From the NCBI GenBank assembly GCA_047611865.1, contig JBLFWS010000071.1:1-15554 (forward strand): a stretch of 15,554 bases of DNA. Reading direction: 5' to 3'. The notes beneath the pieces were generated by a model. The model was not told where the DNA came from. It did not search any database and saw only the letters and a program-made list of their open reading frames with translations. Both the position numbers and the translations under genes were made by a program. The DNA comes from Chlamydiales bacterium. GTDB lineage: Bacteria > Chlamydiota > Chlamydiia > Chlamydiales > JBDQID01. Shown piece after piece: positions 1-8,410 of this stretch (its first letter is position 1; each line of letters opens with the position of its first letter).

Positions 1-57
1 GTATTAAGTTATGCAACAACGCCCAACAAAGCCATTTTAAAAAGAGAATTTGCCCTT

Positions 58-1017
58 TCAGGGTTTCGCATTCCCATCAAAGTACTGATACCACCTACGA
101 AAAGGCTTATGTGGATTTTGATGGCTAATAGGCCTCACGCGGGGTGAACCCATACAAGATTCTTGACAGCACCCAGAGAATTTCTTCAAACACTCCATAC
201 AGCTTAGAAAAAGTTCATTGCAGTCCATATGTGCGCAGTTGTAATAGCTCTCGCTTTCCACGCCACAATGATTACACTCCCCCACTACAGGAGCATCCTC
301 TCCCTCAGCTATAGGGACTGTGAGCCGATCATCGAAAACGAAAAGCTTCCCTTCCCAATGCTTGGAACCCTCTTTCTCCCCATACCCGATAACACCCCCA
401 TCAAGCTGGTAAACATCTTCAAAACCCCGATCTTTCATCAGAGCTGAGTATAATTCACAGCGAATTCCACCTGTACAGTACATCATCACTTTAGTATCTT
501 TAGCGCCGTGCTTTTCCTTAAGGCTATCTGCATAAGCTGGAAAATCGCGAAAACGGGAAAGATCTGGCTTTTCAGCGCCCTTAAAGCGACCTACCTTCCA
601 TTCGTAATCATTGCGAACATCTAAAAGAAGGTATTTCTCATCACTTTCCAGCATTTCTATCCAACGAGCAGGAGAAACGTGCCCTCCCCCTTGTTTATGA
701 TCTACTTTCTCATCAAGAGCCACAAGCTGCTCGCGATACTTTACTATCATTTTCGGGAAAGCATTTTCGTGGTGATAATGGATTTTAAACCTAAGATCCT
801 TAAAGCGCTCATCTGCATGCATCCAGTCCATGAATGCAATAGCCGCATCTTTACGCCCGCTCATCTGTCCATTAATCCCCTCTTCGGAAATGTAGATACG
901 TCCAGAAACATCGCGGTTTTCAAAAAATTCTTTATGCCTGCGCACTTCTTCACGAGGGTCATCGATAAGTTCAAGGTGGTAGTAAGCTAAAACGTAATAT
1001 TCTTTATTTTCTGACAT
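58..1017 (-). CDS. trhO: Rhodanese-domain tRNA uridine(34) hydroxylase TrhO (YceA/UPF0176 family)
   Basis: Motifs GRIYISEEGINGQ, LLDVRNDYEW, MYCTGGIRCE and WEGKLFVFDDR, plus a Cys-rich C-terminus. The ORF track starts at 1044; I prefer the ATG at 1017 because GGAG lies upstream of it and the predicted transcription start (~1047) nearly coincides with 1044. Confidence 0.9.
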   Translation of the reverse strand: MSENKEYYVLAYYHLELIDDPREEVRRHKEFFENRDVSGRIYISEEGINGQMSGRKDAAIAFMDWMHADERFKDLRFKIHYHHENAFPKMIVKYREQLVALDEKVDHKQGGGHVSPARWIEMLESDEKYLLLDVRNDYEWKVGRFKGAEKPDLSRFRDFPAYADSLKEKHGAKDTKVMMYCTGGIRCELYSALMKDRGFEDVYQLDGGVIGYGEKEGSKHWEGKLFVFDDRLTVPIAEGEDAPVVGECNHCGVESESYYNCAHMDCNELFLSCMECLKKFSGCCQESCMGSPRVRPISHQNPHKPFRRWYQYFDGNAKP

Positions 1018-1053
1018 CTTAAAATCCACTCCAAACTGTGACATTGAGGGGAT

Positions 1054-1082
1054 TTTATAGCATATTTAGACTTTTGTATCAA
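1054..1082 (-). promoter_or_regulatory. Putative sigma70/sigma66 promoter for trhO
   Basis: Minus strand reads TTGATA-17 nt-TATAAA, with TG two bases upstream of the -10 box. Confidence 0.55.
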
Positions 1083-1109
1083 GAAGGTTGGAAATATCTT
1101 AATTACCTA

Positions 1110-1138
1110 TTGAACATTAATGTCTATAACCCGATAAT
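1110..1138 (+). promoter_or_regulatory. Putative sigma70/sigma66 promoter upstream of the orphan ORF
   Basis: TTGAAC (1110-1115), 17 nt spacer, GATAAT (1133-1138). Confidence 0.4.
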
Positions 1139-1206
1139 TGCCCTGTTAATTAAAAGAGTTTATTAATTAAAGCTCACACAATAAACATTTTAACATTTGC
1201 GAATTG

Positions 1207-1533
1207 ATGTCGATCCCAGCAGGCAAACCTCCCTCAAACCCTAACGCAGCTAAAGGGTGGCAATACAAAGATACTATGGCCGTAGCGCCTAAACCCTTTG
1301 AAATTGCAGGGGCTTTCGAGACTCTACCTCCAGTCAAAAAGTCACGGCTACGCTTACGAGACCTGAGACCCGTTCTAAAAGCCTTCAACAAAAAGGCCAA
1401 AACACAAAGTAAAGAAGTCTACCGAGAGGCGAAATCCCTCGGCTACAACTGCTTCCATTATGTTTTGTCCTTGCCAAGAAAAGCCATTAGAGCGTACAAT
1501 GCATCCATTCGCGACAATTTGTTAAAAGATTAG
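1207..1533 (+). CDS. Hypothetical basic protein (~108 aa), no family recognised
   Basis: Open frame filling the trhO-rpsD gap and ending 22 nt before rpsD. There is a candidate promoter upstream but no clear Shine-Dalgarno. Start is TTG 1204 or ATG 1207. Confidence 0.5.
   Translation: MSIPAGKPPSNPNAAKGWQYKDTMAVAPKPFEIAGAFETLPPVKKSRLRLRDLRPVLKAFNKKAKTQSKEVYREAKSLGYNCFHYVLSLPRKAIRAYNASIRDNLLKD
1471..1500 (+). promoter_or_regulatory. Putative rpsD promoter embedded in the upstream ORF
   Basis: TTGCCA (1471-1476), 18 nt spacer, TACAAT (1495-1500), about 55 nt before the rpsD ATG, which has an AGGAG Shine-Dalgarno. Confidence 0.55.
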
Positions 1534-1555
1534 AGCAACAATTTTAGGAGAAATA

Positions 1556-2173
1556 ATGCGTTATACCGGACCAAAAAACCGTATAGCTCGTCGCTTTGGT
1601 GTAAATATCTTCGGGCGTGCTCGCAATCCAATGATTCATAAGGGCAACCCTCCCGGAATGCACGGAGCGCGACGTCGTAAGAAGTCTGAATACGGCTTAC
1701 AGCTAGACGAAAAACAGAAATTGAAAGCCGTTTTCGGCATGATTACTGAAAAGCAACTACGACGCTACTACTTAGAAGCTGTACGTCGTGAAGGCTCAGC
1801 TTCCCACCTTCTCTTGGAGATGTTGGAAAGTCGCCTGGACGTTATCGTGTACCGCTTGAAGTTTGCCAATACCATTTTTGGCGCTCAGCAATTGGTTAAT
1901 CACGGACACATTCAAGTTAACGGGAAGAAAGTTGACATTCGTTCCTACCAGGTTAAGCCAGGTATGGTAATTTCCATAAGGGAAAAAACCAGGAACAACA
2001 CTCTCATCAAGACATCTCTCGGCAATGCAGTGCAAAAGGTTCCCGAGTACCTGACTTTAGATGCAGACAATTTCTCAGGACAACTCATGGCTTCACCGAC
2101 GCCTGAGCTGATTCCTCTTCCTCTGGAAATTAACATTCCAGTTGTATGTGAATTTTTGGCTCACACTAGCTAA
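1556..2173 (+). CDS. rpsD: 30S ribosomal protein S4
   Basis: MRYTGPKNRIARRFG N-terminus, KKSEYGLQLDEKQKLK, LESRLDVIVYRL and QLVNHGHIQVNGKKVDI (S4 domain). Confidence 0.98.
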   Translation: MRYTGPKNRIARRFGVNIFGRARNPMIHKGNPPGMHGARRRKKSEYGLQLDEKQKLKAVFGMITEKQLRRYYLEAVRREGSASHLLLEMLESRLDVIVYRLKFANTIFGAQQLVNHGHIQVNGKKVDIRSYQVKPGMVISIREKTRNNTLIKTSLGNAVQKVPEYLTLDADNFSGQLMASPTPELIPLPLEINIPVVCEFLAHTS

Positions 2174-2209
2174 AGTTTTCCATACCAAGTTACACCTCCT
2201 CCTTTGTTT

Positions 2210-2249
2210 ACAGTGGTCCTCCTCCCCCGGAGTTCCACTGTTTTTTTTT
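2210..2249 (+). terminator. Rho-independent terminator of rpsD
   Basis: ACAGTGG (2210-2216) pairs with CCACTGT (2235-2241), with an inner CTCC/GGAG stem, followed by a T9 run. Confidence 0.7.
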
Positions 2250-2285
2250 GTCGACTCCCCTTCCTCTTTACATTTCCCAATGGCG

Positions 2286-2539
2286 TTGTTACATAAATAA
2301 CCACTGAGCCACTGAGCCACTGAGTCACTGAGATCTGTGAGAAGATATGAGAAAAATGAGAAGTATTTTATAAGATTAAACATCGAAGCCCATTCTTCAG
2401 CAATTTTACTGCAAATTTGATCAATCAAACCTAAGGTTCTTAAGAGAGTGACAAGTCCAAGAATACCACAAAGCAAAGAAATAACGACTTAACCTCTCCC
2501 CATCTCATTACCTTCTCAGTGGTTACACCCGCGCAACAA
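2286..2539. repeat. Non-coding element bounded by long imperfect inverted repeats
   Basis: TAACCACTGAG (2298-2308) is the exact reverse complement of CTCAGTGGTTA (2515-2525). Imperfect complementarity extends outward (TTGTT 2286 / AACAA 2535-2539) and inward (TGAGAAGATATGAGA versus reverse-complemented TGAGAAGGTAATGAGA). Confidence 0.6.
2301..2332. repeat. 8-bp tandem repeat (CCACTGAG)3 + TCACTGAG
   Basis: Read directly: ccactgag ccactgag ccactgag tcactgag. Degenerate TGAG-containing units continue to 2360. Confidence 0.9.
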
Positions 2540-2559
2540 GATAGAGTAGAACTCTTAAT

Positions 2560-4143
2560 TTACTTTAACCTAAAAATCTCGACCCTTAACAATTTTGCCG
2601 CCCCAAACAAAACCACCAAGAAACATAATGACTGAGTAGTAAAATAGCTCAACTGCAAAGCAAAAATCCTTGAGAGTGGGAAAGACATATCCTGAAAGAG
2701 CATCAATAGGGAATTATCACCCCAATACAAGAAGCCAAATCCTCCAGCACAAAGGGAAGCCAAAAGGCAACAACCCCCAACACGAAACACATGCCCCCAC
2801 GAAAACAAACCTTTCCAGGAAGGGTCTCTTTTACGAAGGGACGCCGACAGCACCAACAAATTCACCCAAGCACTCGCACTGGTCGCAAGAGCTACACTGA
2901 TAGCTCCCATGCCAAAAACAAAGACCATGACGGCATTTAAAATAACATTTACTGCCACGGCCAGTACAGATGCCTGCATAGGACTCCGATAATCTCCTTT
3001 AGCATAAGAAGCTGAAGCTACCAGTGTCACCAAAGCCGTAGGAATTAAACCTGGAAGATACCCCCATAAACAAAGCAAGGTCTGGGAAGCTGTCCCATCA
3101 GTGAAATTTTCCCTGACGTAAAGCAAGTTTATCCCTGAAGCTCCCAAGATAAAGGCTCCAAATGTAGCCGGAAGCATAATCCCAATACAATTACGAAAGG
3201 CAAAATCGAGAAAGTCCAAAAAACCCGCTGTATCCCCACGCTTTATGGCTCTGGATAAGGGTGGAAGAAGCGTCCCAGCCAAGGCCAGGCCAAACATCCC
3301 AAGAGGGGCCTGTTGTATTCGGATTGCATACCACAAATAAGCGGGCCCTTCGAGATCTGCAAAACGGGCAAACACCGCATCAAGAGCACTATTTACCTGA
3401 GAAGCGGCTACGCCCATTAGGCCGAGGGCCAAAGGCTTACCCAAACTCATCACATCCTTAGAAAATAGGGATGTTCCCTGCCACAAACTTCCATCCAAAG
3501 TAGACCTCACAAATCCTCTGCTGTAAGGAACTGTCACTAACCATTGTAGCACACATGCTCCAACAATCCCCACAGCTAGACCAGAGACTGCCTGCTCCAC
3601 ACTTGAATCTTTTAGAAAAAATAAGACTGAAATCCATGTAAGGTTAAAAGCTACGGGAGCAATCCCTGAAGTAAAAAACCTTTTTTCGCAGTGGAGTAAA
3701 GAAGAATTTAAACCAAAATGGCAAATAAATATTGTCGCTGGAAACATAAGGGAAGTCAGGTAAAGGATTTCTCTATTTCCCGGACTGAACTCTACAAAGG
3801 CCAATAAAGAAACAATAAGGCCCTCAATGCACAGAGTTACCAAGAAAAGAAATGTCATCAGTGAAAGAGAAAGGTCGCGAAAAAAACGAGCGGCACGCCG
3901 AGGATCTTCCCGACGGATGGATTCAAACTGTGGTATAAAAGCACTATGAAGAGCCCCTTCACCAAAAAGCCGTCGAAGTAAATTTGAAAATCTATAGGCC
4001 ACCATCAATGCAGCAACTGATGGTTGACTACCCAATATAGCAGCCATGCTTACATCTCGCACCAATCCTGTCACTCGACTTAACATTGTTCCAGAGAAAA
4101 AACGCATCCCAGACCGGATAATCGACGCTGTAGAGTCCTTCAT
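2560..4143 (-). CDS. murJ: Lipid II flippase MurJ (MviN)
   Basis: SRVTGLVRD and NLLRRLFGEGALHSAFIP motifs; many hydrophobic segments; 527 aa. Confidence 0.96.
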   Translation of the reverse strand: MKDSTASIIRSGMRFFSGTMLSRVTGLVRDVSMAAILGSQPSVAALMVAYRFSNLLRRLFGEGALHSAFIPQFESIRREDPRRAARFFRDLSLSLMTFLFLVTLCIEGLIVSLLAFVEFSPGNREILYLTSLMFPATIFICHFGLNSSLLHCEKRFFTSGIAPVAFNLTWISVLFFLKDSSVEQAVSGLAVGIVGACVLQWLVTVPYSRGFVRSTLDGSLWQGTSLFSKDVMSLGKPLALGLMGVAASQVNSALDAVFARFADLEGPAYLWYAIRIQQAPLGMFGLALAGTLLPPLSRAIKRGDTAGFLDFLDFAFRNCIGIMLPATFGAFILGASGINLLYVRENFTDGTASQTLLCLWGYLPGLIPTALVTLVASASYAKGDYRSPMQASVLAVAVNVILNAVMVFVFGMGAISVALATSASAWVNLLVLSASLRKRDPSWKGLFSWGHVFRVGGCCLLASLCAGGFGFLYWGDNSLLMLFQDMSFPLSRIFALQLSYFTTQSLCFLVVLFGAAKLLRVEIFRLK

Positions 4144-4319
4144 ATTAGTATCTCATCCCCTTTACCCTTAACAATATCAATTCCAATTAACCCTGCTTCA
4201 TGATATGATTTTTTCCGAATGGTCCATCAATTCAAGCTTTTTCTAGTGGATCTATAGATACCAAATTTAACCTCCATCTGCTATAAATGGCAGCATTTTA
4301 TGCTAACTTCGGAGAAATA

Positions 4320-5717
4320 ATGCGAAGCAAAATCAAGGATATCAAGTTTGCCAAAGATACGGCATCACTGATTGGCAAGACGAAAACCGTAAAGGGATGG
4401 GTCAGAACTGTAAGAAATCAAAAACAGTTCAGCTTTGTTGAAATCAATGACGGATCAAGTTTATCTGGACTACAGGTAATCGTTGATGCTGGCCTTCCTG
4501 ATTACGAGAATCTTATTGCAGGTGTTACCACAGGAGCTGCTGTTTCTGTAACAGGTACAATCGTAGAAAGCCCCGGCAAGGGACAGAATATTGAATTACA
4601 AGCCTCTGAACTCATCGTTGTGGGCACCTGTGATCCCAACACCTATCCTTTACAGAAAAAGCGCCACTCATTTGAATACCTTCGCTCCATCGCACATTTG
4701 CGCCCCCGGACCAACTCTTTGGGAGCTGTGACACGTGTTCGTAATGCCCTTTCTTTTGCCACACACCGTTTTTTTCAAGAAAAAGGCTTCATGCATATTC
4801 ACACTCCTATCATCACAGCATCTGACTGCGAAGGTGCTGGGCAGATGTTTCGTGTTACTACGATGGAAAATGGTATCCCCAAAGACAAAGAAGGAGTTAA
4901 CGACTTTTCTACAGATTTCTTCGAAAAACCTTCATACCTAACCGTATCCGGACAACTAAACGCTGAAATTTATGCGCTAGCTCTTTCCGATGTGTACACT
5001 TTCGGTCCAACCTTTCGCGCTGAAAATTCTAACACCTCCCGTCATCTTGCAGAGTTTTGGATGATCGAACCGGAAATGGCATTCGCTGACCTCAATGACG
5101 ATATGGATTGTGCCGAAGAGTACATTAAATACGTCCTTAGCTATGTTTTGGAAAACTGCCCCGAAGAAATGGACCTTTTCAATAGTTTCATCCAAAAGGG
5201 TATCTTAGAAAAACTACAGCACGTGGTGTCTGCTCCATTCGAAAGAATCACCTACACCGAAGCAGTAGATATCCTCCAAAAATCAGGGAAGAAATTCGAA
5301 TTCTCCGTTGAGTGGGGCAATGACTTACAATCCGAGCATGAGCGTTTCCTCGTGGAAGAACACTTCAAAGTTCCCGTAATCGTCCGTGATTACCCTAAGG
5401 ATATCAAAGCTTTTTACATGCGTGCGAATGATGACGGCAAAACCGTTGCCGCTATGGATGTTCTTGTTCCTTATGTCGGAGAGCTCATTGGTGGAAGCCA
5501 AAGAGAAGAGCGTCTAAATGTACTTGAGAAAAAGCTTGAGTCAATGAACATTCCTAAAGAAGAACTCTGGTGGTACCTCGAATTAAGAAAATATGGTGGT
5601 ACACCTCACGCTGGATTCGGAGTAGGATTCGAAAGACTTGTACAATTTGTTACCGGCATGGAAAACATCCGCGATGTAATCCCTTTCCCTAGATATCCTG
5701 GACACGCTGATTTCTAA
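4320..5717 (+). CDS. asnS: Asparagine--tRNA ligase
   Basis: OB-fold start [51 protein letters not shown] and motif 3 GFGVGFERL. Start set at ATG 4320 behind GGAG (the ORF track gives 4287). Confidence 0.97.
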   Translation: MRSKIKDIKFAKDTASLIGKTKTVKGWVRTVRNQKQFSFVEINDGSSLSGLQVIVDAGLPDYENLIAGVTTGAAVSVTGTIVESPGKGQNIELQASELIVVGTCDPNTYPLQKKRHSFEYLRSIAHLRPRTNSLGAVTRVRNALSFATHRFFQEKGFMHIHTPIITASDCEGAGQMFRVTTMENGIPKDKEGVNDFSTDFFEKPSYLTVSGQLNAEIYALALSDVYTFGPTFRAENSNTSRHLAEFWMIEPEMAFADLNDDMDCAEEYIKYVLSYVLENCPEEMDLFNSFIQKGILEKLQHVVSAPFERITYTEAVDILQKSGKKFEFSVEWGNDLQSEHERFLVEEHFKVPVIVRDYPKDIKAFYMRANDDGKTVAAMDVLVPYVGELIGGSQREERLNVLEKKLESMNIPKEELWWYLELRKYGGTPHAGFGVGFERLVQFVTGMENIRDVIPFPRYPGHADF

Positions 5718-5736
5718 GTCTGTAAATTCATGCAGA

Positions 5737-5772
5737 AAGGACAGGACGAGAGCCCTCTCTTCTCCTGTCCTT
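5737..5772. terminator. Hairpin between convergent asnS and hemA (possible bidirectional terminator)
   Basis: AAGGACAGGA (5737-5746) pairs with TCCTGTCCTT (5763-5772), with an inner GAGAG/CTCTC stem. U tracts are weak. Confidence 0.6.
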
Positions 5773-5832
5773 AGGAATTGGTATATACCAGATTCGGCCA
5801 CAAAATTTAACTTTGATACGAGATTGGTATAA

Positions 5833-6858
5833 CTACGCTCCCGCAGTAGCGAGAAGACAATATCGCTGCTTTTCTTTGTTGCTAAAGATCGCAAGTTGCT
5901 TATCGATGGACTCTGAAAGCATTTCTTTCACACGAGTCATTTCGCGAACTTTTCCCTTCCTTTTTTTCTCTACGATTCCATCAACCTGATCAATATTAAG
6001 CAATGTAATACAGGCAAGCTTTCCTATCTCGGGCTCAACGTTTCTTGGAACACTTAGATCTATTATCATTTTCCTCGAAATTGGAGGATCTTGAACAAGC
6101 TCTCTTGTAAGCAGGAAAGCTGGAGCTTTAGTTCCAAAAATAATCATGTCATACTCTTGCCAGCACCTTAAAGATTCCCAACTGATAACTTTCACCCCTT
6201 CCTGATTCCCTAAAGCTTCCCCGTGCTCTCGGGAGCGGTTACACAAAGTCAGTTCGCCAATATCTTTAGTCTTAAAGTACTTTAATATTCCCGCATTAAT
6301 CTTTGAGGCTCCAACAAAGAGGATTCTTTTATCGTATAGTGAAGAGAAGAAAGATTTTCCCGTTTGAAAAACTACAGTTTCCAAATTCGGCATTCCTCGC
6401 TGCAGGTCAAAGCTAAACCGTACTTGCTTTCCAATCTTAAGAGATTTTTGAAACATAAAGTGGATACAACTCGGAAGCTCACCACAAATAGCAACGGATT
6501 CATAGGCCTGCTTCACCTGTCCTTGAATTTCCGTTTCTCCAAAAATTGCACTGTCCATCCCTGCTGTAACATGTGCCAGGTGACTAAAACAATCGTAGCT
6601 AAAAAATGAATACAGCTTATGCTCAAAGGATGCGAGGACATCATTGCGAAGTACCCGAAGAAGATATGTGTGGGTATCTGCAAGATTTTCTGAGCTGAAA
6701 TATACTTCTGTACGATTACAAGTATTCAGCAGCACAAAGCTATGACGACCGTGTGTAGAAGATCCAGCCCCAAAGCGCTGCTGACAAGCTTTCGCTATGT
6801 TTTCGCGCAAGGACAAGTCTGCAGATTTATGGTTAATCCCTACAACTCCAACACGCAT
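5833..6858 (-). CDS. hemA: Glutamyl-tRNA reductase, short chlamydial type
   Basis: VVGINHKSA, catalytic LNTCNRTEVY, GMDSAIFGETEIQGQVK and IIDLSVPRNVE; 341 aa. Confidence 0.95.
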   Translation of the reverse strand: MRVGVVGINHKSADLSLRENIAKACQQRFGAGSSTHGRHSFVLLNTCNRTEVYFSSENLADTHTYLLRVLRNDVLASFEHKLYSFFSYDCFSHLAHVTAGMDSAIFGETEIQGQVKQAYESVAICGELPSCIHFMFQKSLKIGKQVRFSFDLQRGMPNLETVVFQTGKSFFSSLYDKRILFVGASKINAGILKYFKTKDIGELTLCNRSREHGEALGNQEGVKVISWESLRCWQEYDMIIFGTKAPAFLLTRELVQDPPISRKMIIDLSVPRNVEPEIGKLACITLLNIDQVDGIVEKKRKGKVREMTRVKEMLSESIDKQLAIFSNKEKQRYCLLATAGA

Positions 6859-6942
6859 GAAGGACCTTGGTTATTCTAAAATACAAGAGTGCTTATAGTG
6901 AAAAAATTGATTTCTTTCCAGAGCTTTTCCGATACACATAAG

Positions 6943-6983
6943 AGTCTGCGAAAAAATCACCATGGGTGAATCTTTCACAGACT
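6943..6983 (-). terminator. Long hairpin downstream of pseB
   Basis: Minus strand AGTCTGTGAAAGATTCACC-CAT-GGTGATTTTTTCGCAGACT folds into a stem of about 18 bp including G-U pairs. The U tail is weak. Confidence 0.55.
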
Positions 6984-7061
6984 TAAAAGAATTCTAAAAT
7001 CGCAAGAAATAAGACCACGGGCAGTCTAAAAAGCTCGTGAGCTACCTAATGAATACCGTCA

Positions 7062-8108
7062 CTAATAAGATGCCTCTATTGCAAACTCACCCTTAAGAGT
7101 TTCCCGCAATTTCTCTGCGTTCAACCATAGAGAGTTCGTATCTGAAGCATAAACGAAACCATCAGGAACAGGCTTCCCTTCGTTCTTCAGAAAGAAACTG
7201 GTTAAAATCAAACGATCTTTCCTAAAAACCTCAGGAACAATTACATAACACCTGTCAAATTCAAAAGTATGCCTTGAATCATCTGCACTAATCATCAACT
7301 CATGAAGCTTCTCGCCTTCTCGTATTCCACAAATACTCGTAGGATAGCCTGGTGCAATAGCTTCGGCAAGATCCGTGATATTCATACTTGGAATTTTCGG
7401 TACGAAGATTTCTCCCCCACACATATCTGCGAAAGACCTGACAACAAATTCAGCTGCCTGATCCAACGTGATCCAGAAACGCGTCATTCTACTATCAGTA
7501 ATCGTTAGGGATGGCGCTTTTTCAGCAACCATCTGATTCCATAGTGGAATGATACTTCCCCTACTTCCCAAAACATTGCCATAGCGCACAACGGAAAATT
7601 TAGGAAATGTCCGATTACCCACATAAATATTTCCGGCTACAAATAATTTATCGGAGCATAGCTTTGTAGCTCCGTAAAGGTTTATGGGGTTTACCGCTTT
7701 GTCAGTGGAAAGAGCTATAACTTTTTCGACACCGCGATCTACAGCTGCATCGATCACATTCATAGCACCTTCAATATTCGTCTTCACAAATTCAGAAGGA
7801 TTGTACTCAGCAGAAGGCACCTGCTTGAGAGCTGCTGCATGAACAACCAAGTCCACATCACGAAATGCACGCATCAGACGGTCTTTATCGCGGACATCAC
7901 CGAGGAAATATCGAATATTCTCATGGTCGAATATAGGTTCACTTCGGCGCATTTGCCACTGCTTCCACTCATCTCTACTAAAGATGATAACTTTATTCGG
8001 GTTGTGTTCCTCCAAAGCCTTTCTGGCAAAAGTTTTGCCGAAACTCCCTGTTCCCCCGGTAATTAATATGGTCTTGCCATCCAGCGGCGACAAGATTTCA
8101 TTACTCAT
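7062..8108 (-). CDS. pseB: UDP-N-acetylglucosamine 4,6-dehydratase (inverting), PseB/FlaA1 family
   Basis: ITGGTGSFG, FSRDEWKQ, HAAALKQVP, STDKAVNPINLYGATK, VRYGNVLGSRGS and GIREGEKLHE motifs; AAGGAGG Shine-Dalgarno. Confidence 0.9.
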   Translation of the reverse strand: MSNEILSPLDGKTILITGGTGSFGKTFARKALEEHNPNKVIIFSRDEWKQWQMRRSEPIFDHENIRYFLGDVRDKDRLMRAFRDVDLVVHAAALKQVPSAEYNPSEFVKTNIEGAMNVIDAAVDRGVEKVIALSTDKAVNPINLYGATKLCSDKLFVAGNIYVGNRTFPKFSVVRYGNVLGSRGSIIPLWNQMVAEKAPSLTITDSRMTRFWITLDQAAEFVVRSFADMCGGEIFVPKIPSMNITDLAEAIAPGYPTSICGIREGEKLHELMISADDSRHTFEFDRCYVIVPEVFRKDRLILTSFFLKNEGKPVPDGFVYASDTNSLWLNAEKLRETLKGEFAIEASY

Positions 8109-8347
8109 GGGACCTCCTTAAATAGCTAGTCGTAGCCTCATACTATTAAAACCTGCAAATAAAAAAAACTTTATAAGTTCCATGCGCCAAGTTTTCTAAC
8201 ACAAATTCGAAGCAAAAACAGTGCCTCCCTCTTGTTAATACTCCTATCACTCCAAATTTTACTATATATAAAAAAGATAAGAGGCCCCTTAACAGCCTTA
8301 TTTTTCTTAAATTAGGTCATTTTTCAGAGAAAAACTTAGCACTCCCC

Positions 8348-8376
8348 CTGCAAAAAAATATTCATCCTGCTATAAT
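8348..8376 (+). promoter_or_regulatory. Putative parE-parC promoter
   Basis: CTGCAA, 17 nt spacer, TATAAT (8371-8376) with an extended -10 TG. Confidence 0.55.
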
Positions 8377-8410
8377 CCGAGGGCTAGTACCAATATCACA
8401 AAGTAAGAAT

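Noticed and set aside
1111..1137. Sigma28-like promoter (TGAACATT-N11-CCCGATAA)
   Set aside because: The -35 match is weak, and a sigma70-type reading fits the same bases equally well.
1146..1170. TTAATTAA occurring twice, 17 bp apart
   Set aside because: Low-complexity AT sequence; chance occurrence is likely.
2298..2332. Repeat unit matches the tRNA D-arm sequence GCTCAGTGG (also in tRNA-Arg at 15332-15340)
   Set aside because: Only 9 bp match, with no T arm or cloverleaf nearby. Not a tRNA remnant or att site on this evidence.
2301..2360. Possible CRISPR array
   Set aside because: Units are 8-10 bp with no spacers, and there are no cas genes.
2093..2476. 127-aa minus-strand ORF
   Set aside because: It has a TTG start, overlaps the rpsD 3' end and terminator in antisense, runs through the tandem repeat, and shows no recognisable domain or nfo similarity. 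Not called as a gene.
5739..5770. GGACAGGA/TCCTGTCC shared with the tRNA-Arg 3' half (possible att duplication)
   Set aside because: Only 8 bp match, there is no integrase, and the genes in between are core genes.
8170..8192. Sigma54-like TTGGCGC upstream of pseB (minus strand)
   Set aside because: There is no GC at the -12 position at the required spacing.
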